DNA of 62,291 bases from a virus (Duplodnaviria > Caudoviricetes), in the IMG/VR virus record IMGVR_UViG_3300006750_000007, positions 1 to 62,291 of that record. One strand, given 5' to 3'. The notes beneath the pieces are model-generated. The model worked only from the letters and a program-made list of their open reading frames with translations. It did not search any database and was not told the origin of the DNA. Of this stretch, positions 31,272-44,000 are shown one piece after another. Numbering within the stretch: position 1 is the first letter of the stretch; each line of letters opens with the position of its first letter. The position numbers and the translations under genes were made by a program.

Positions 31272-31386
31272 CATTAGAAATTTTATTTGCTTCGTATTAC
31301 TATATTAATTATTTTTACAAAGTTATGCCAAATCCTACTAAGTCTAAGTCATCTAAAAATTCTACTAAACCTACAAAAGTTAATTT

Positions 31387-33453
31387 ATGCCAGATACAGA
31401 CCCAATAAAAAAACTAACTGATAAAGAATATCAAAAAAGAGCTGACAACAGCAAACACTATTTTAACTATTCAGGTTCAAGAAGTAATGCTGGAGTTCCA
31501 ACAAACTACAATGAAAGAGTAGAATTTTATCCTGGAGTTCAAGACGGAGTACGTCAATATGAAGATATCGAAGGAAAGTTAACTTCATTTAATAGCCTGA
31601 TAGCTCCTGTTAGAGCAGCATTTTTAGCTAGAGGTAGAGCTTTAACTACTGCTGAAGCTGAAGCTATTTCTCCTGGAATTGGAGCTCTAGAACAAGAGAT
31701 AACTGATTGGATGGGAACTCAATCTACAATGAAAGGTAAAGTTCCTTCATTTACAGGAAATACAGAAATAGAGTCAGGTCTAGGACTAAGTGCTCAAAGA
31801 GGTCAGACTATGTGGGGGCCAATGAGAACTTCACAATCTTATGGAGTAAGTAGAGAACCTTTTGATTGGAAAAAAGAAAGAAGAAAAACACCTGGTTCTG
31901 TATCAAATGCTGGAGAAATTCAACAAGAAGGTATATTAGGGCCTACAGGAAAACGTGATTTAACTCAAACTTCATTAAATAGAGAAGTTCAAACAGACAA
32001 CGCTGCATATATTAATAATCCTTATCTTTCACAAGAACAAATACTTAGACAAAGAAAGACAGATGCTAAACCAATAAGTAAAACTTTTCATGCTGCTGGC
32101 GGTCAATTAGGAGATATAGAGCGTATAGAACCTAAAGGCGCACAAGAGATACAAACTTTAGGATTTGATCCTGCAGAAGGAATGGATGAATATCTAGCAA
32201 AGATAAATTTAGCAACATACAATAAAGATGTTCCTAGTGGAAATTACACTAGAGAAATGGAGGGTCATAATATAGATTATAGTTTAGGATACAATCCAAC
32301 TACTAGAGAAGAAGGTTTACCTTATAAAAGTCTAAGTGATCGTTTTAAAGATCTTACAGACCCATTTACTGGAAAAGGCATAAGACAAACAAGAAAACAA
32401 AGTAATATTCAATATGGTGTAGGTGGAGATATAGGTGCTGGAGTTGTTCCGACTCAATTTGGAGTAGGAGGCATGATTAATCAAGGGGTAGATGCTGTAT
32501 GGGGTTTATTTGGAGATAATGAGTCAACCGCTGCTGATATGGTTTCAGGAGCAGCAGGTGCAGTAGGAGGATTCTTTACAGGTAACTATGGAGAAATGAT
32601 TGACCAAGGAGGAGACGTTTGGGGAGGAGTAGCAGAATTAAGCGAAGACTCTTCAGGGAAATTTGGAAAAGGATTAAATAAAGTAGCAGAGTCTGCAGAA
32701 TCATCATCTCATATGGTAGGTAAATATATGCAAGGTGATATTCAAGGAGGAAACCAATGGCTTGGAGAAACTTTAAATGATACTGGAAATTTAATAGGTG
32801 GAGACGTAGGTTCAGGATTTAATCAAGCTGGAGATTTTGCTAATAATAATTTAGCACAAGCTAATCAAGCTATAGGAGTAGGTCAAGGAATATATGGAGC
32901 AGCTTCACAATTTATGGCTAACGGAGGCCCTTTTAATAATGATGGGCCACTAGCTCAACCACAAGGAGACATATACTTACCTTTTGATGGAACTAGACCT
33001 TCTTATACTGACGCTAGTGGTGAAGAAAGGTCTGAATATAAAATAGGTATAGGAACTGAAAAAGGAGAGATGGTTATACCTACTGTATGGGATGGGGAAC
33101 AGCATACTGAAGATGAAGCTGTTGAAAGATATTTTAATACAGGAGAACATATGGGAGGCCCTTATGGTTCTATAGAAGAAGGAGAACGTGCTGCAAAACT
33201 TAGAACTAACATGTACAATGAACATCCAGCATATAGAAAAGAAAATGCATACGGAGGACAAATAAATCCTTATGCATGTGGAGGAAAAATGAGACATGGT
33301 GATGGAGGTAACTTATCAAACACAACTAAGTATAACGGATTAACACACGAACAAGGAGGATTACCTTTAGGAAATACAAATAACGAAGTAGAAGATGGAG
33401 AAGTGAGATGGGATAACAATGGAGAATCTTGGATTTTCACAAATAGATTTTAA
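31387..33453 (+). CDS. internal virion cargo protein with repeated xxGG motifs
   Basis: Gly-rich; C-terminal GLTHEQGG...EVEDGE...IFTNR; follows muzzle gene. Confidence 0.6.
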   Translation: MPDTDPIKKLTDKEYQKRADNSKHYFNYSGSRSNAGVPTNYNERVEFYPGVQDGVRQYEDIEGKLTSFNSLIAPVRAAFLARGRALTTAEAEAISPGIGALEQEITDWMGTQSTMKGKVPSFTGNTEIESGLGLSAQRGQTMWGPMRTSQSYGVSREPFDWKKERRKTPGSVSNAGEIQQEGILGPTGKRDLTQTSLNREVQTDNAAYINNPYLSQEQILRQRKTDAKPISKTFHAAGGQLGDIERIEPKGAQEIQTLGFDPAEGMDEYLAKINLATYNKDVPSGNYTREMEGHNIDYSLGYNPTTREEGLPYKSLSDRFKDLTDPFTGKGIRQTRKQSNIQYGVGGDIGAGVVPTQFGVGGMINQGVDAVWGLFGDNESTAADMVSGAAGAVGGFFTGNYGEMIDQGGDVWGGVAELSEDSSGKFGKGLNKVAESAESSSHMVGKYMQGDIQGGNQWLGETLNDTGNLIGGDVGSGFNQAGDFANNNLAQANQAIGVGQGIYGAASQFMANGGPFNNDGPLAQPQGDIYLPFDGTRPSYTDASGEERSEYKIGIGTEKGEMVIPTVWDGEQHTEDEAVERYFNTGEHMGGPYGSIEEGERAAKLRTNMYNEHPAYRKENAYGGQINPYACGGKMRHGDGGNLSNTTKYNGLTHEQGGLPLGNTNNEVEDGEVRWDNNGESWIFTNRF

Positions 33454-33455
33454 CT

Positions 33456-35291
33456 ATGGCTAACAAGAAAAAACAAAAATTGTCATTTGCTCAAAGAGCA
33501 GAAAGAATAATGAAAAAATACGAAGCTAGACCTGACGATACTGCTGCTCAGGATTCTAAGAACCGTGAACTTAGTGTTCTACAAGAAGAACAAAAATTAG
33601 AAATGCAAAACAGAGCTATGGAAGCTGCAGAAACTATGAAGTCTCTGGGCTATGGTCACATGTTAGCTTCTGATGAACCTCAACAAGGTCCACCTCAACC
33701 TTCTCAAGAAGAGATGATGGCTATGCAACAGCAACAAGCTATGATGCAACAACAAGGTCAAGGTATGCCTCAAGGACAACAAATGGCTGCTTATGGTGGG
33801 CACATAAATAGATATAAATGGGCTAAACCTACCAAAGAAGACGCAGAAGCTGTAAATAAAGTATTGCCTAAATGGATGCAACATGCTTACGGAGGTGATA
33901 TTAATATGTATCATTCTGGAGGAGAAGTAGGACATACTCATGATGATACTAAAATGGGACCGAATCCCTATAATAATATAAATGCTGCTCGTGAAAAGTA
34001 TGAAATAGCACGTAGAAAATTTAAACCTAAAGGATTTAAAAAAACTAAATATCATTTAGAAAATTTACCAGAAGCAGAAGAATATCGCGAAGCATTAAGA
34101 AATGCTCCTAAACATGTATTAGAGCAATATGATATAAACAGATCAAAGCATTATAGTTCTCCTATAGAGATGTTAAAAGACTTTGATGAAAGAAATACTA
34201 CAAAAACTAAGGCTCCGATTGAAAATTATAATATTTATGATGACTATAAGGCAAGTACAGATAGTTTAAATGAATTGGCTTTTTTAGAACAACAAGCAGA
34301 ACTTGGAAAGCACACGGGAGCAATGGCAAATAACTATGACCATTTTAAAGACAGAGCAGATTATGCTAGTTATAAAACGGATATGAGTCCTTCTCTTAAA
34401 AAATATTATGATGATAATATTAAAAAAATAGGTATTGAAGGGCAACAAGGATTTTATCATTCTCCTGATTATGCTATACCTAAAAAAAATGTTTATAATA
34501 AAAAGTATCCTTTAAGTTCTTCTAATTATTTTTCTGAAGATGAATTAAAGGCTAAAGGTACAGCAGAAAAAGCAGCTAAAGCTAAAGCAGACAAAGAGCG
34601 TGCAGAATATAATAAAATAGTAGCTGCAGGAGGTAGAAACTTTATAGAAAGCAAAGCTTACGGTGGGCATATGAATAAGTATGCGCCTGGAGGAGAATTT
34701 GAAGCTGAATCTGTTAACCCTTGGATTGCAGCTGGACAATTAGCTCCTGATGTATATGGTCTTGCTCAAAACTTAAGACCAGGTGATGACTTTACATCTA
34801 AAAAGATGGATTCAAATATTTATACAGATACTAGTGCAGAAGAAGCTGCTATTGATAGAGCTACTGGTTCTGCTGGGGCTGGACTTAGAGAGAATTTAAG
34901 ACGACTTGGTTCTGCTGGAGCTAAATCTGCAGCAGTTACTGGAGCTACTCAAATAGCTACTGGAGCTGGAGCTCAAAAAGCAGGAGTAATATCTCAAGCT
35001 CAACAACTAGATGATAAAACTAACTTAGGAATAGAAGCTCAAAATAATGCATTAATTAATGCAGATGCTCAATTCAATATGCAACAAGAAGGAGCTAGAA
35101 GAACAGCTACTGAACAATATCTTAGAAACATCGGACAAGAAACTGTTCCTGGTATAGCACTAGACCAAACGCAAAATGAAATGCAAGCTGCAATAATTAA
35201 AGCGCTAGGAAGTGGGGACTATGCATACGAAGGAGGAATAGAAGATTTAATTTTAGCCTTTCAAGGAGGACAAGCTAAAAAAGGAGAATAA
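33456..35291 (+). CDS. internal virion cargo protein with AYGG repeats
   Basis: SFAQRAERI N-terminus, Q/M-rich tract, Ala/Gly-rich C-terminus. Confidence 0.6.
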   Translation: MANKKKQKLSFAQRAERIMKKYEARPDDTAAQDSKNRELSVLQEEQKLEMQNRAMEAAETMKSLGYGHMLASDEPQQGPPQPSQEEMMAMQQQQAMMQQQGQGMPQGQQMAAYGGHINRYKWAKPTKEDAEAVNKVLPKWMQHAYGGDINMYHSGGEVGHTHDDTKMGPNPYNNINAAREKYEIARRKFKPKGFKKTKYHLENLPEAEEYREALRNAPKHVLEQYDINRSKHYSSPIEMLKDFDERNTTKTKAPIENYNIYDDYKASTDSLNELAFLEQQAELGKHTGAMANNYDHFKDRADYASYKTDMSPSLKKYYDDNIKKIGIEGQQGFYHSPDYAIPKKNVYNKKYPLSSSNYFSEDELKAKGTAEKAAKAKADKERAEYNKIVAAGGRNFIESKAYGGHMNKYAPGGEFEAESVNPWIAAGQLAPDVYGLAQNLRPGDDFTSKKMDSNIYTDTSAEEAAIDRATGSAGAGLRENLRRLGSAGAKSAAVTGATQIATGAGAQKAGVISQAQQLDDKTNLGIEAQNNALINADAQFNMQQEGARRTATEQYLRNIGQETVPGIALDQTQNEMQAAIIKALGSGDYAYEGGIEDLILAFQGGQAKKGE

Positions 35292-35302
35292 AAAAATACA
35301 AC

Positions 35303-38011
35303 ATGGCAAATAACGCATTCAAATCAAATATATATCATAAGCCTGGACAAGCTAAATACAAATCTCAGTTTGTTCCTATGCCTTTAGATTTTATGGCTAA
35401 ACAAATAGCAGGTAAACAAGCTAAGTATGATAAGCAAGATTTGCTTATGGATAAAGATGCCTTATGGGACCAAGTTTCATTACCTGGTTATGATACTAAA
35501 TATGTAGAGGATAGAAAAAAGCAACTCACTGAATTACAAGAAACTTTTGCAGGAAAAGATTTAGGTTCTTCTCAAGTACAAAAAGAGTACGCTAAAGCTA
35601 TGAGAAAATTTAGAGATGATCCAGATAATAAAAAAGTTAAAGCAGCTGTAGATCTTCATAATAAATATCTAGCTAGAAGAGAAGAATTAAATAAGAAAGG
35701 AGCTATAGCTGATGCTCCAGTATGGTTCAGAGATTATGAAAAAAAATATAAAGAATATACTAAAGAAGGAGGATTAGGATTTCTTGGTCCTGGACTTGGT
35801 AGTCATCTTATTACAGAAGGAGTAGACATAAGAGAACATGCAGAGAAACTATATAATAATATGGGAGAGTCTGGAGCTGACTATAAAAAACAGTTAAATA
35901 ACACTGGAATATATTATGAAAAAGGCAAAGTAGGAATAAGTGGAAAAGATATATCAGATAAAACACGAGCTGGACTTAGATCTTTTGTTGAAGGACCCGC
36001 AGGAAAACAATTAAGCGCAGAGTATGACGCATTAGTAGAAGATGGAATGATAGATGAATCAAAAATCTCTAAAGGAGACTACATTAAAGATTATCTATTA
36101 GGCGTTGGTTCAGAACGTATTCATATGAAATATACTGGTACAGATGCTGCTGCTTTAAACACACTAAGAAAAGAAAAGAAAGAAGCAGATGAAAAAGTTG
36201 TTTATGCTCCTACTGGTTTAGAACTTGACGAAACAGAAAGTAATAAAACTACCATGTTAGATTTAAAAAATGACATGAATGATTTTGATTCTAAAATAAC
36301 AGAATTTGAAGAACAAATAGCAGCGAAACCTGTTCATATGTTTGACCCTATCACATATGACGAACAAGGTAATAAAATATATAGCGATAGAGATAAAGCA
36401 TATAACATTGAAGTTGCTAAAGAAGATGCTTATTTAAACTATCTTATATCAGAAAGAGATGCTATTAAGAAAACATTTGATGCAGAAGATGCTAGATTAG
36501 ATGCAGCATATGATAAAAGTGTAGATAGAGCTTCTATAATTAATGCTACTCCTCTTAAAGGTACGTGGATGGGAGATATATTAAGTAAGTCTTATAGTGA
36601 TCCTAATCAAAAACAAGAAAATATAAGTAATATCGTTAATGGAACAGCTGCTTCATTAGGATTAGAAGGAGATGAATTAAATAAGTTTAATATTGGAATG
36701 CAAGCAACTTCTGAAAATGAAACTTTAGCTGCTGCGTTACAAATATTCGAAAGTGGAGAAGGAAGTAACGAAGCAGGAACGTTATTCGGTTTTGAAGTAT
36801 CTGAAGGAGGCAACTTAACTTATGGTAATCTTCAAAAATTATTTAACGAATTAGGAGTAGATATAGATGTGACTAGCGATGGTCTTCATTCACTTGGTTC
36901 TACAGTAATTATGAAACAAGAAAGTCCACAAGCAAATTCAAGCAAGATTAATTATTGGAGAACAAAATTAATTGAAGGAGTAGCTGCTCAAAATGGTGTA
37001 AATTTTAAAGATATTACGAGTATTGATGGAAAAGTACAATATGAAAAAAATAATATATTAAATGATTTTACTACTAACTTTAGTCAAATCGCTACTTCTC
37101 AATTAGATAAAGATAAATGGAAACAAAATAAAATAGCTAGTGGAGAAGGTGGAGTAGTTAATTATAATCATAATGTAGGACTAGGTGTACCTAAAGGAGA
37201 CTTAGTTATTTATAAAAATGGAAGTACTAAAACATTTAAAGCAAATGACAAATTTATAGAAGCTGACATGAATAATAATGCTAGTAGTTGGGGATTATAT
37301 AGTAGAGACGGAAGACCATTAGAAGAGGCATTATTAGGAAATGAAGCATATACAGGATTTATTTTTGATTTGAGTCAAATATCAGATGCTAAAGTAGATA
37401 AACTTTATGGTGACAAAAAAGAACGAGACGCTAATGGGAAAGTAGTTGGAGAAGTAGGAGAAGGATATACATTTAATGTAAAAATTCCTTATACTTACAC
37501 GAAAGCGAATGGAGATATAGGAAAAGGAGAAATAAGAAGAGACATCTATGCGACAGAGCCTGTAGGAAATAATGGTAGCTATGCTAATGAAACAAGAATG
37601 TATCAGAAAGAAAATAGAGACCAAGCATACAAAATAAATCCTCTTTCTGAAGTTGTTAAAAATTATGCATACGACAAAGACTCTCGTTCAAGTAGTAGAA
37701 TCACTAGTCAACTGATTACTCAAAAAGAAACTGCAAGTACAGAACTTGCTAATTTAGCTCTTAACTATGTTTTAAATGATGCTGGCGCAACAATGAAAAC
37801 AGTTCCTGTATATAGAGGAGGAATGGTTGATGGATTTGATGCTGTATTTAGTCTTACTGGTAAAAGCGAAGATGCTATTGAAAAGTACTTTACTACTGAA
37901 GATGACATTGATGAATTTTTAAATGATATGACAAACTTAGTTCAGTTAGCAGAAACAGGAGAATTAGATCAAAAGGAAATAAATGCCATATTGGACGAAC
38001 TATTAAAATAA
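35303..38011 (+). CDS. large cargo/ejection protein
   Basis: 902 aa, YKSQFVPMPLD N-terminal motif, no Cys, precedes the giant genes. Confidence 0.6.
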   Translation: MANNAFKSNIYHKPGQAKYKSQFVPMPLDFMAKQIAGKQAKYDKQDLLMDKDALWDQVSLPGYDTKYVEDRKKQLTELQETFAGKDLGSSQVQKEYAKAMRKFRDDPDNKKVKAAVDLHNKYLARREELNKKGAIADAPVWFRDYEKKYKEYTKEGGLGFLGPGLGSHLITEGVDIREHAEKLYNNMGESGADYKKQLNNTGIYYEKGKVGISGKDISDKTRAGLRSFVEGPAGKQLSAEYDALVEDGMIDESKISKGDYIKDYLLGVGSERIHMKYTGTDAAALNTLRKEKKEADEKVVYAPTGLELDETESNKTTMLDLKNDMNDFDSKITEFEEQIAAKPVHMFDPITYDEQGNKIYSDRDKAYNIEVAKEDAYLNYLISERDAIKKTFDAEDARLDAAYDKSVDRASIINATPLKGTWMGDILSKSYSDPNQKQENISNIVNGTAASLGLEGDELNKFNIGMQATSENETLAAALQIFESGEGSNEAGTLFGFEVSEGGNLTYGNLQKLFNELGVDIDVTSDGLHSLGSTVIMKQESPQANSSKINYWRTKLIEGVAAQNGVNFKDITSIDGKVQYEKNNILNDFTTNFSQIATSQLDKDKWKQNKIASGEGGVVNYNHNVGLGVPKGDLVIYKNGSTKTFKANDKFIEADMNNNASSWGLYSRDGRPLEEALLGNEAYTGFIFDLSQISDAKVDKLYGDKKERDANGKVVGEVGEGYTFNVKIPYTYTKANGDIGKGEIRRDIYATEPVGNNGSYANETRMYQKENRDQAYKINPLSEVVKNYAYDKDSRSSSRITSQLITQKETASTELANLALNYVLNDAGATMKTVPVYRGGMVDGFDAVFSLTGKSEDAIEKYFTTEDDIDEFLNDMTNLVQLAETGELDQKEINAILDELLK

Positions 38012-38020
38012 AATAATAAT

Positions 38021-41000
38021 ATGTCGGAAGAATTAGACCCAATAACAGGACTCCCAGGTGATCCTCCTGAGAAAGTAACTAAACTTACATTATCTAAAGA
38101 TCAAATTAAATCTTTAGCTAATAAAGCTAATCGATATTCTAGTCGAGGATTAAGCGCTACTCAAGTAGGAGGACCAGACGTAATAAAAGATATTAGACAA
38201 AAATATTCTGATATTGAAACTAAACCTGGCAAAGTTCATTTACAAAATATAGATAAACTATATAAAGGTTTAGAATATGCTGGTTTAAAGCATAAAGCTA
38301 AACTTGCTGAAGAACAAGGATTCTGGGGAGAACTTGGAGGAGCTGTTGCTCAAACTGCAGCAGAAATTGTTGGTGGTACATTAGAAGGTGTAGGTTACTT
38401 AGGTGATCTTACTCACTGGGGAGATATTATCTCAGGAGGAGACGGAGACTGGGAGAACTGGTTATCAAGCGCTGGTTCAAGCTTAAAAGAATATGTTGCT
38501 GAAGCAGCACCAATACACGAAAATCCATTAAATCCTTCTACTAGAGAATGGTTTCTTTCTGGAGTTCCAACTGTAGCGTCATTTGTAGGAATGATGATAC
38601 CTGCAGTAGGTACAGTTTCAGGATTATCTAAAATAGGAGCATTAGGTAAAGCTGCTAGAATATCAAGTAAAACTAGCGATTTAGCAACGCTTCTTAAAGC
38701 AGGAAAATCAATAGAGATTGCAAAGACTATTTCTGTCGGAGGAAACAGAGTCAAAGGATTATCTACTGCTATAGTATCTCGTCACATTGAGAACATGATG
38801 GAAGCTAACGGAGTTTGGCAAGAACAAAAACAAAAACTTATTTTTTCAGGAGTAGATTATATGACTGCAGAAAAGGAAGCTAGTGAAGCTGCAATGCAAG
38901 TATACAATCAAAACTGGGTAATGTTAGCTCAAGATTTACCTCAATATATGATGTTGGGTAGAGGAATGAATGCTGCCAGAGGAGTTAAATCTATTCGTCA
39001 AGCAGCTAAAATGGGAGACGATGTAACTAAGTCTGCATTTAAAAAGACACTTGGAGTAGTAGGAATAGGAGCATCAGAGGGGGCTGAAGAAGCATACCAA
39101 TATGTAGTATCTCAAGATGCTATGTACATGAGCGATTATGCTAATGGTTTAGTAGCAGAAAAAGGATTTTCAGAAAGACTTGGAGAATATATTAAAGAAG
39201 AAGAATTCTTTGATTCAGTATTTTTTGGTGCTTTAGGTGGAGTAGCAATGAACACTATGGGGAAACCTATTACTAGAGCTGGAGATGGAATAGCTAATAT
39301 GGCTAGACATATAACAGGTAGAGAATCTAAAGATGGTTTATGGGGAGGATTTAAAAAAGATTGGAAAGAAGATCCTAGAGTACAAGAACAAATACATAGA
39401 GCAGCTAAGATATCTTTCTTATCTAAACAACTTGCTGAAGCTGCAGAAAAAGATGTTAAGTTAGCATACGATAACTTAAGAAATCAAGGGGTTGCTGATA
39501 TGGTTATGGAAGCTGCAGCTGTAGGAAACTATGATAGAATGGTTAACGAGATTAAAGAACTTCAAAATATGACTCCTGAGCAATTAGAAGAGTCTCAAGT
39601 CACTGAAGAATTTTTAAATGAAATTCCATCTATCTTAAAAGAAGCAGAAGAAATTAAAGACATGTGGAACGCAGAAACTAAAAGCACTCTGCCTAAGTAT
39701 GTAGGTACAATGGTTTCTGCTAAATACAAGTTAAAGAAATTAAAAGATCAACAAGGAGGATTACAGGACGAGTTAATGAAAGCTAACGAAGACTTTAATT
39801 TTGGAGAACTTCTTACTGAAGCTGGTCAAGATTACTTAAAGAACGAATACATTATTCAATCCCTGAAGAGATCTATTGAGCAGGCTGAATTCATACTTAA
39901 GAATAAGCCTCACATGAGCGAGTGGGAGAAGACTCAATTAAAAGAACAAATAGGAATTAAAGATGAAAAAACAGGAGAGTGGGCATCAGGAAGTTGGAAT
40001 GAAGAATTAGAAAACGCTAAACAATTTAGAGTAGATTCTAAAGCATCAACAAAAAAAGAATTTAAAAATTCTATTGAACTTAGTAATAAAGATAAAGAAT
40101 TAATTAAGAGAATAATAACTACTCCTAGTTTAGATGTAGTTAAAGCTCAAACTAGACTTAATTGGAATACAGCTAATATTAATTCTCATCTTAATTCTTT
40201 AGTTAGATTAGGACAAACAGAATATCAAACTCAAATAGAAGACTTTCAAAAAGCTCAAGTAAAAACTAATGAGAAGATTGGTAAAATTAGACAACTTTAT
40301 AATGATGTAAATTCTGGACAAGAAGCAACATTAGAACCTCAACTAGGTGAAGATGGTAAATACTATGAGCATGTTAGACCTTTAAATCATTTCAATAATC
40401 AATCTAAGATTAGAGAAGCTGAAGAAATATTAGAGACTCTAGATGAAGCAGAGAAAAAAAGATTTGCTCCAGTAATAGAAGAAATGAAATCTATCGTTGA
40501 TGATAACAGATCTGTATATCAAAAACGAGCTAGACAAAAGAATAACAAAGCTAAAAGAATTAAAGGTCTTAAAGGATATCATAGAGTAAATAGATTAGCT
40601 AAGAAGTTAAATGCATTTCGTGAAAATAACGATCCTAGATTTAGAGAACTTACTCCTAGCGAATTGTTTATTTCTGACCAAGATGTATTCAGAGTTACTT
40701 ATAAAGGTAAAGACGGAGTACTTTCTCAAGAAGAAGGGGAGATGACATTTACTCCTAATGATGGAGGAATTCCTCATATTATATCAGGTAGAACATCTAA
40801 ACAAACTCTAGAACAATTAGGAATAGGAATGATTAGTGAGTACGCTTATCCATTAGAGTTCTCTGTTGAAGGAGATTCTCTAGGTATTTGGATAGGAGAT
40901 AACTTAATGTCTTTCAGTACTTTAAATCCTCTTAGTTCTATTAAATGGGATAAGAATGAAAACCTAGCTTCTATTACATTAAATGATTCAAAAGGTAATC

Positions 41001-44000
41001 CTGTTGTAATTACTAACCCTCAGTTAGTTGCAGAGTTATCAGAATTTGTATATTTGTACCAAGAATTGGTAGATGAGTTCTCTAAAGAAGAGGAAAATGT
41101 ATTTTTACCTGAACACGGAGTAACAGTTCAATACAATACATCTAATCCTAATAAGTCTAAATTATATAAGACTGATGAGAATGGACAATTATATGAAGTA
41201 CTAGGAGAACTACCACTACAAGAAAATGGAAAGTACACTATTAAAGGTGTAATACTTAACAAATTTTTAGATAACTTTAAGATAGGCGTACTTACGCCAA
41301 TGTCTAAGAATAAAATAATTAAAGATAGAGACTATGCAAACAATACAGCAAAAGCTAAACAACAAACTCAAGAACAGGCAGCTAGCCAAGAAGCTGGCTT
41401 CAATGAGCCTACAGGACAGACTGAAGTTTCTGAAGCAAAGAAGCGAGGAGAAGAAGTAGAAACAGAAGTAGCTGATGATATAGAAGAAACTGAAGAGGTG
41501 GGAGCAGTAGCTCTATCTGAGTCAGGTGATAATGTAGAAGTAGAAGGGGAAAAGGGTAAGATAACTGTAAATTCTTCTGATACTATAGGAGGAAACTTTG
41601 ATAATTTATCTCCTGAAGAACAAGCTGAATTAGAAGCCGCTGGATTTGGACAAGGTCCTAATGAAGAACAAGGCCGTAATGAAGAACAAGAACAATATGA
41701 AAATGAAAATGAAGAAGAAAGTCCATTTAAAGAAGATGTGGATGAGACATCTACTGAAGATGAGCAACAGACTACAGAGGACGTAGAAACTATTATTTCT
41801 GAGGAAGCTTGGGAAGAATTTGTAGATGAAGATTATGTTTCTCAAGAAATCTTAGAAGGAATAGCTAAGAAAATGAGAGACGGAATTCCTTTTACAGAAA
41901 AGGAACTAGCAGTATATCAATCAAAAGCTGGAGAAATAGAAAGTATAAATATAATTCATTCAACTAAAGAAACAGAAAATCCTCAATCAGGATTCTTTAC
42001 TGTAAAATTAGCTACAGGATTAATTGTTAAATCTCCTTCTCATAAGTTATTAATTAATGATAATGGAGAAATAGAACAAAGAAAAAGTAAATTAAAAGAT
42101 GGTTCTTTAGAGGATCAACCTTATGTATTTAACTTTGATATGTTAAACAATCCTAATGTTAAAGAAGGACACGAAGTTAAGTTTGTTCATACTCCTACTA
42201 AATATTCAGAAGAGCAAGATGTAGAACCTGGAGAAGAATTTATTAACGCTCCTATATATGTATTCTATAAAGACGGAAAGAATTGGGCTCCTGTAGGATT
42301 ATTACAAGCAGGAAATACTAAGGAAAGAAAACTAATCTTTGACGCATTAAAGACTAAAGACGAAGTTAAGGCTACGATTAAGAATCAGAAAGTTAAACAA
42401 GAGATGTATTCTTCTAATGCATCTAACTTTAGAAATAGAATAGACCATAATACTGGAGAAAAAGTTTTTCAAAGTGCTCATGATTCTTTAAGTACTGCTT
42501 GGGTAGAAACTAGAGATGGTTTTGAATTAACTAATGAAGCGCCTATTATTATTCTTTCTACAGAGGGAACCTCAAAAGCAACTGATACTTCATCTGAACC
42601 TAGATTCTACGATAGAGATTTAGATCCTAAAATAGCATCTGATGTTTCTAGGTCTGAAATTAAAAAAATGAAAGGAGACCAAGAAGGTCACATATGGGCA
42701 GCTGTAATAAATCCTAGTGGAATATATGTTCCATTTAAATTATCTACTAGTAACTTAACTCAAGAAGCTAAAGATAAAGTAGAAGAGTTAATACTCATGG
42801 GAGATTATGATGCTATAAATGAAATTACTCATTCTAACTATGATTCAGATTTATCTAGGGAATATGATAAATTCTTTCAAGTTATAAATACAGGAAAATC
42901 TAAATTTATAAGATTCAAACATAAAGGAATAATATATAAAATAGATCATGCTCAAATAAATAAAGGTTTAAAAGGAGAAAAGATGACCATGTTTCTTCAA
43001 GCATTAGACTTAAAAGGAAAAAGCCTACAATCTATAAAAGATAAAAAAGGAAAAACAATAAAGAAAGAAGTAACCTTAGAAGAGTTTAAGGGAATGATTT
43101 CTGAACTGTTAAACAAAAAGAAATTTAATGTTATTAATAGTAACTTAAGAACAGGAGAGAATTATGTTAGTCCTATTAGTGGTAAAGAGTATAACTCATA
43201 CGAAGATTACTTAACTGGAGCTAAAGATATAGATGGAAATGAAAATGCTGAATCTCCTGCTGAAGGACCTAATGATGCAAACTCTATTCTTCAATCTGAC
43301 CTTTGGGGACATAATGGAAGTTTCTTCTTTGACCAAGGTGTAGACTATGAAATAGATGAAGTTTCTAAAAAGAAACCTGCAACTAAAAAAACAGTAAAAG
43401 CGAGTACTCCTCAACCAACACAAACTACTGAGGTTAAAGAAGGTGTGTCTGAAGTATTTAAAGATAATAAGGAATTATCTAATATAGGTACAGAACAACA
43501 ATATTCTAATTATTTAGACACTATATTCCCTGATAGTCAAACAAATGAGATATTTCATCATTGGAGTATGAAAAATATACCAATAGGAGAAAAAATAGGT
43601 GAAGATATTTTAGGTAGAGTCCAAGGAATTTGGCTATCAAAAAACAAAGAGCATTGGAAGGATATTGTAGGAAATAAAGCTAAACGGTTAAAGCAAGAAT
43701 TAAAAGAAAACTATATAATAGTAAATGCTAAGAATATTTTTGTTAGTTCTACTGTAACGTCTCCTGATGGTAAAAGTTTCCCAAAAGGGTATGATGCTAT
43801 ATTTGCTTATGATGAAGCTCCTAATAATTATGAAGGCCCATTAAAATCTGAATTTAAAACAATAGATGATTTTGAAGCAGTAATCAAATCAAAAGAGCAA
43901 TTGCATGAATTAGGTTCTAAAGAAGATGTACAAGGATTTAGAGAGTTTGTTAGTAAATCAACACAAACTAGTGAGGTTGATTTAGGTACTGAAACAGCTC

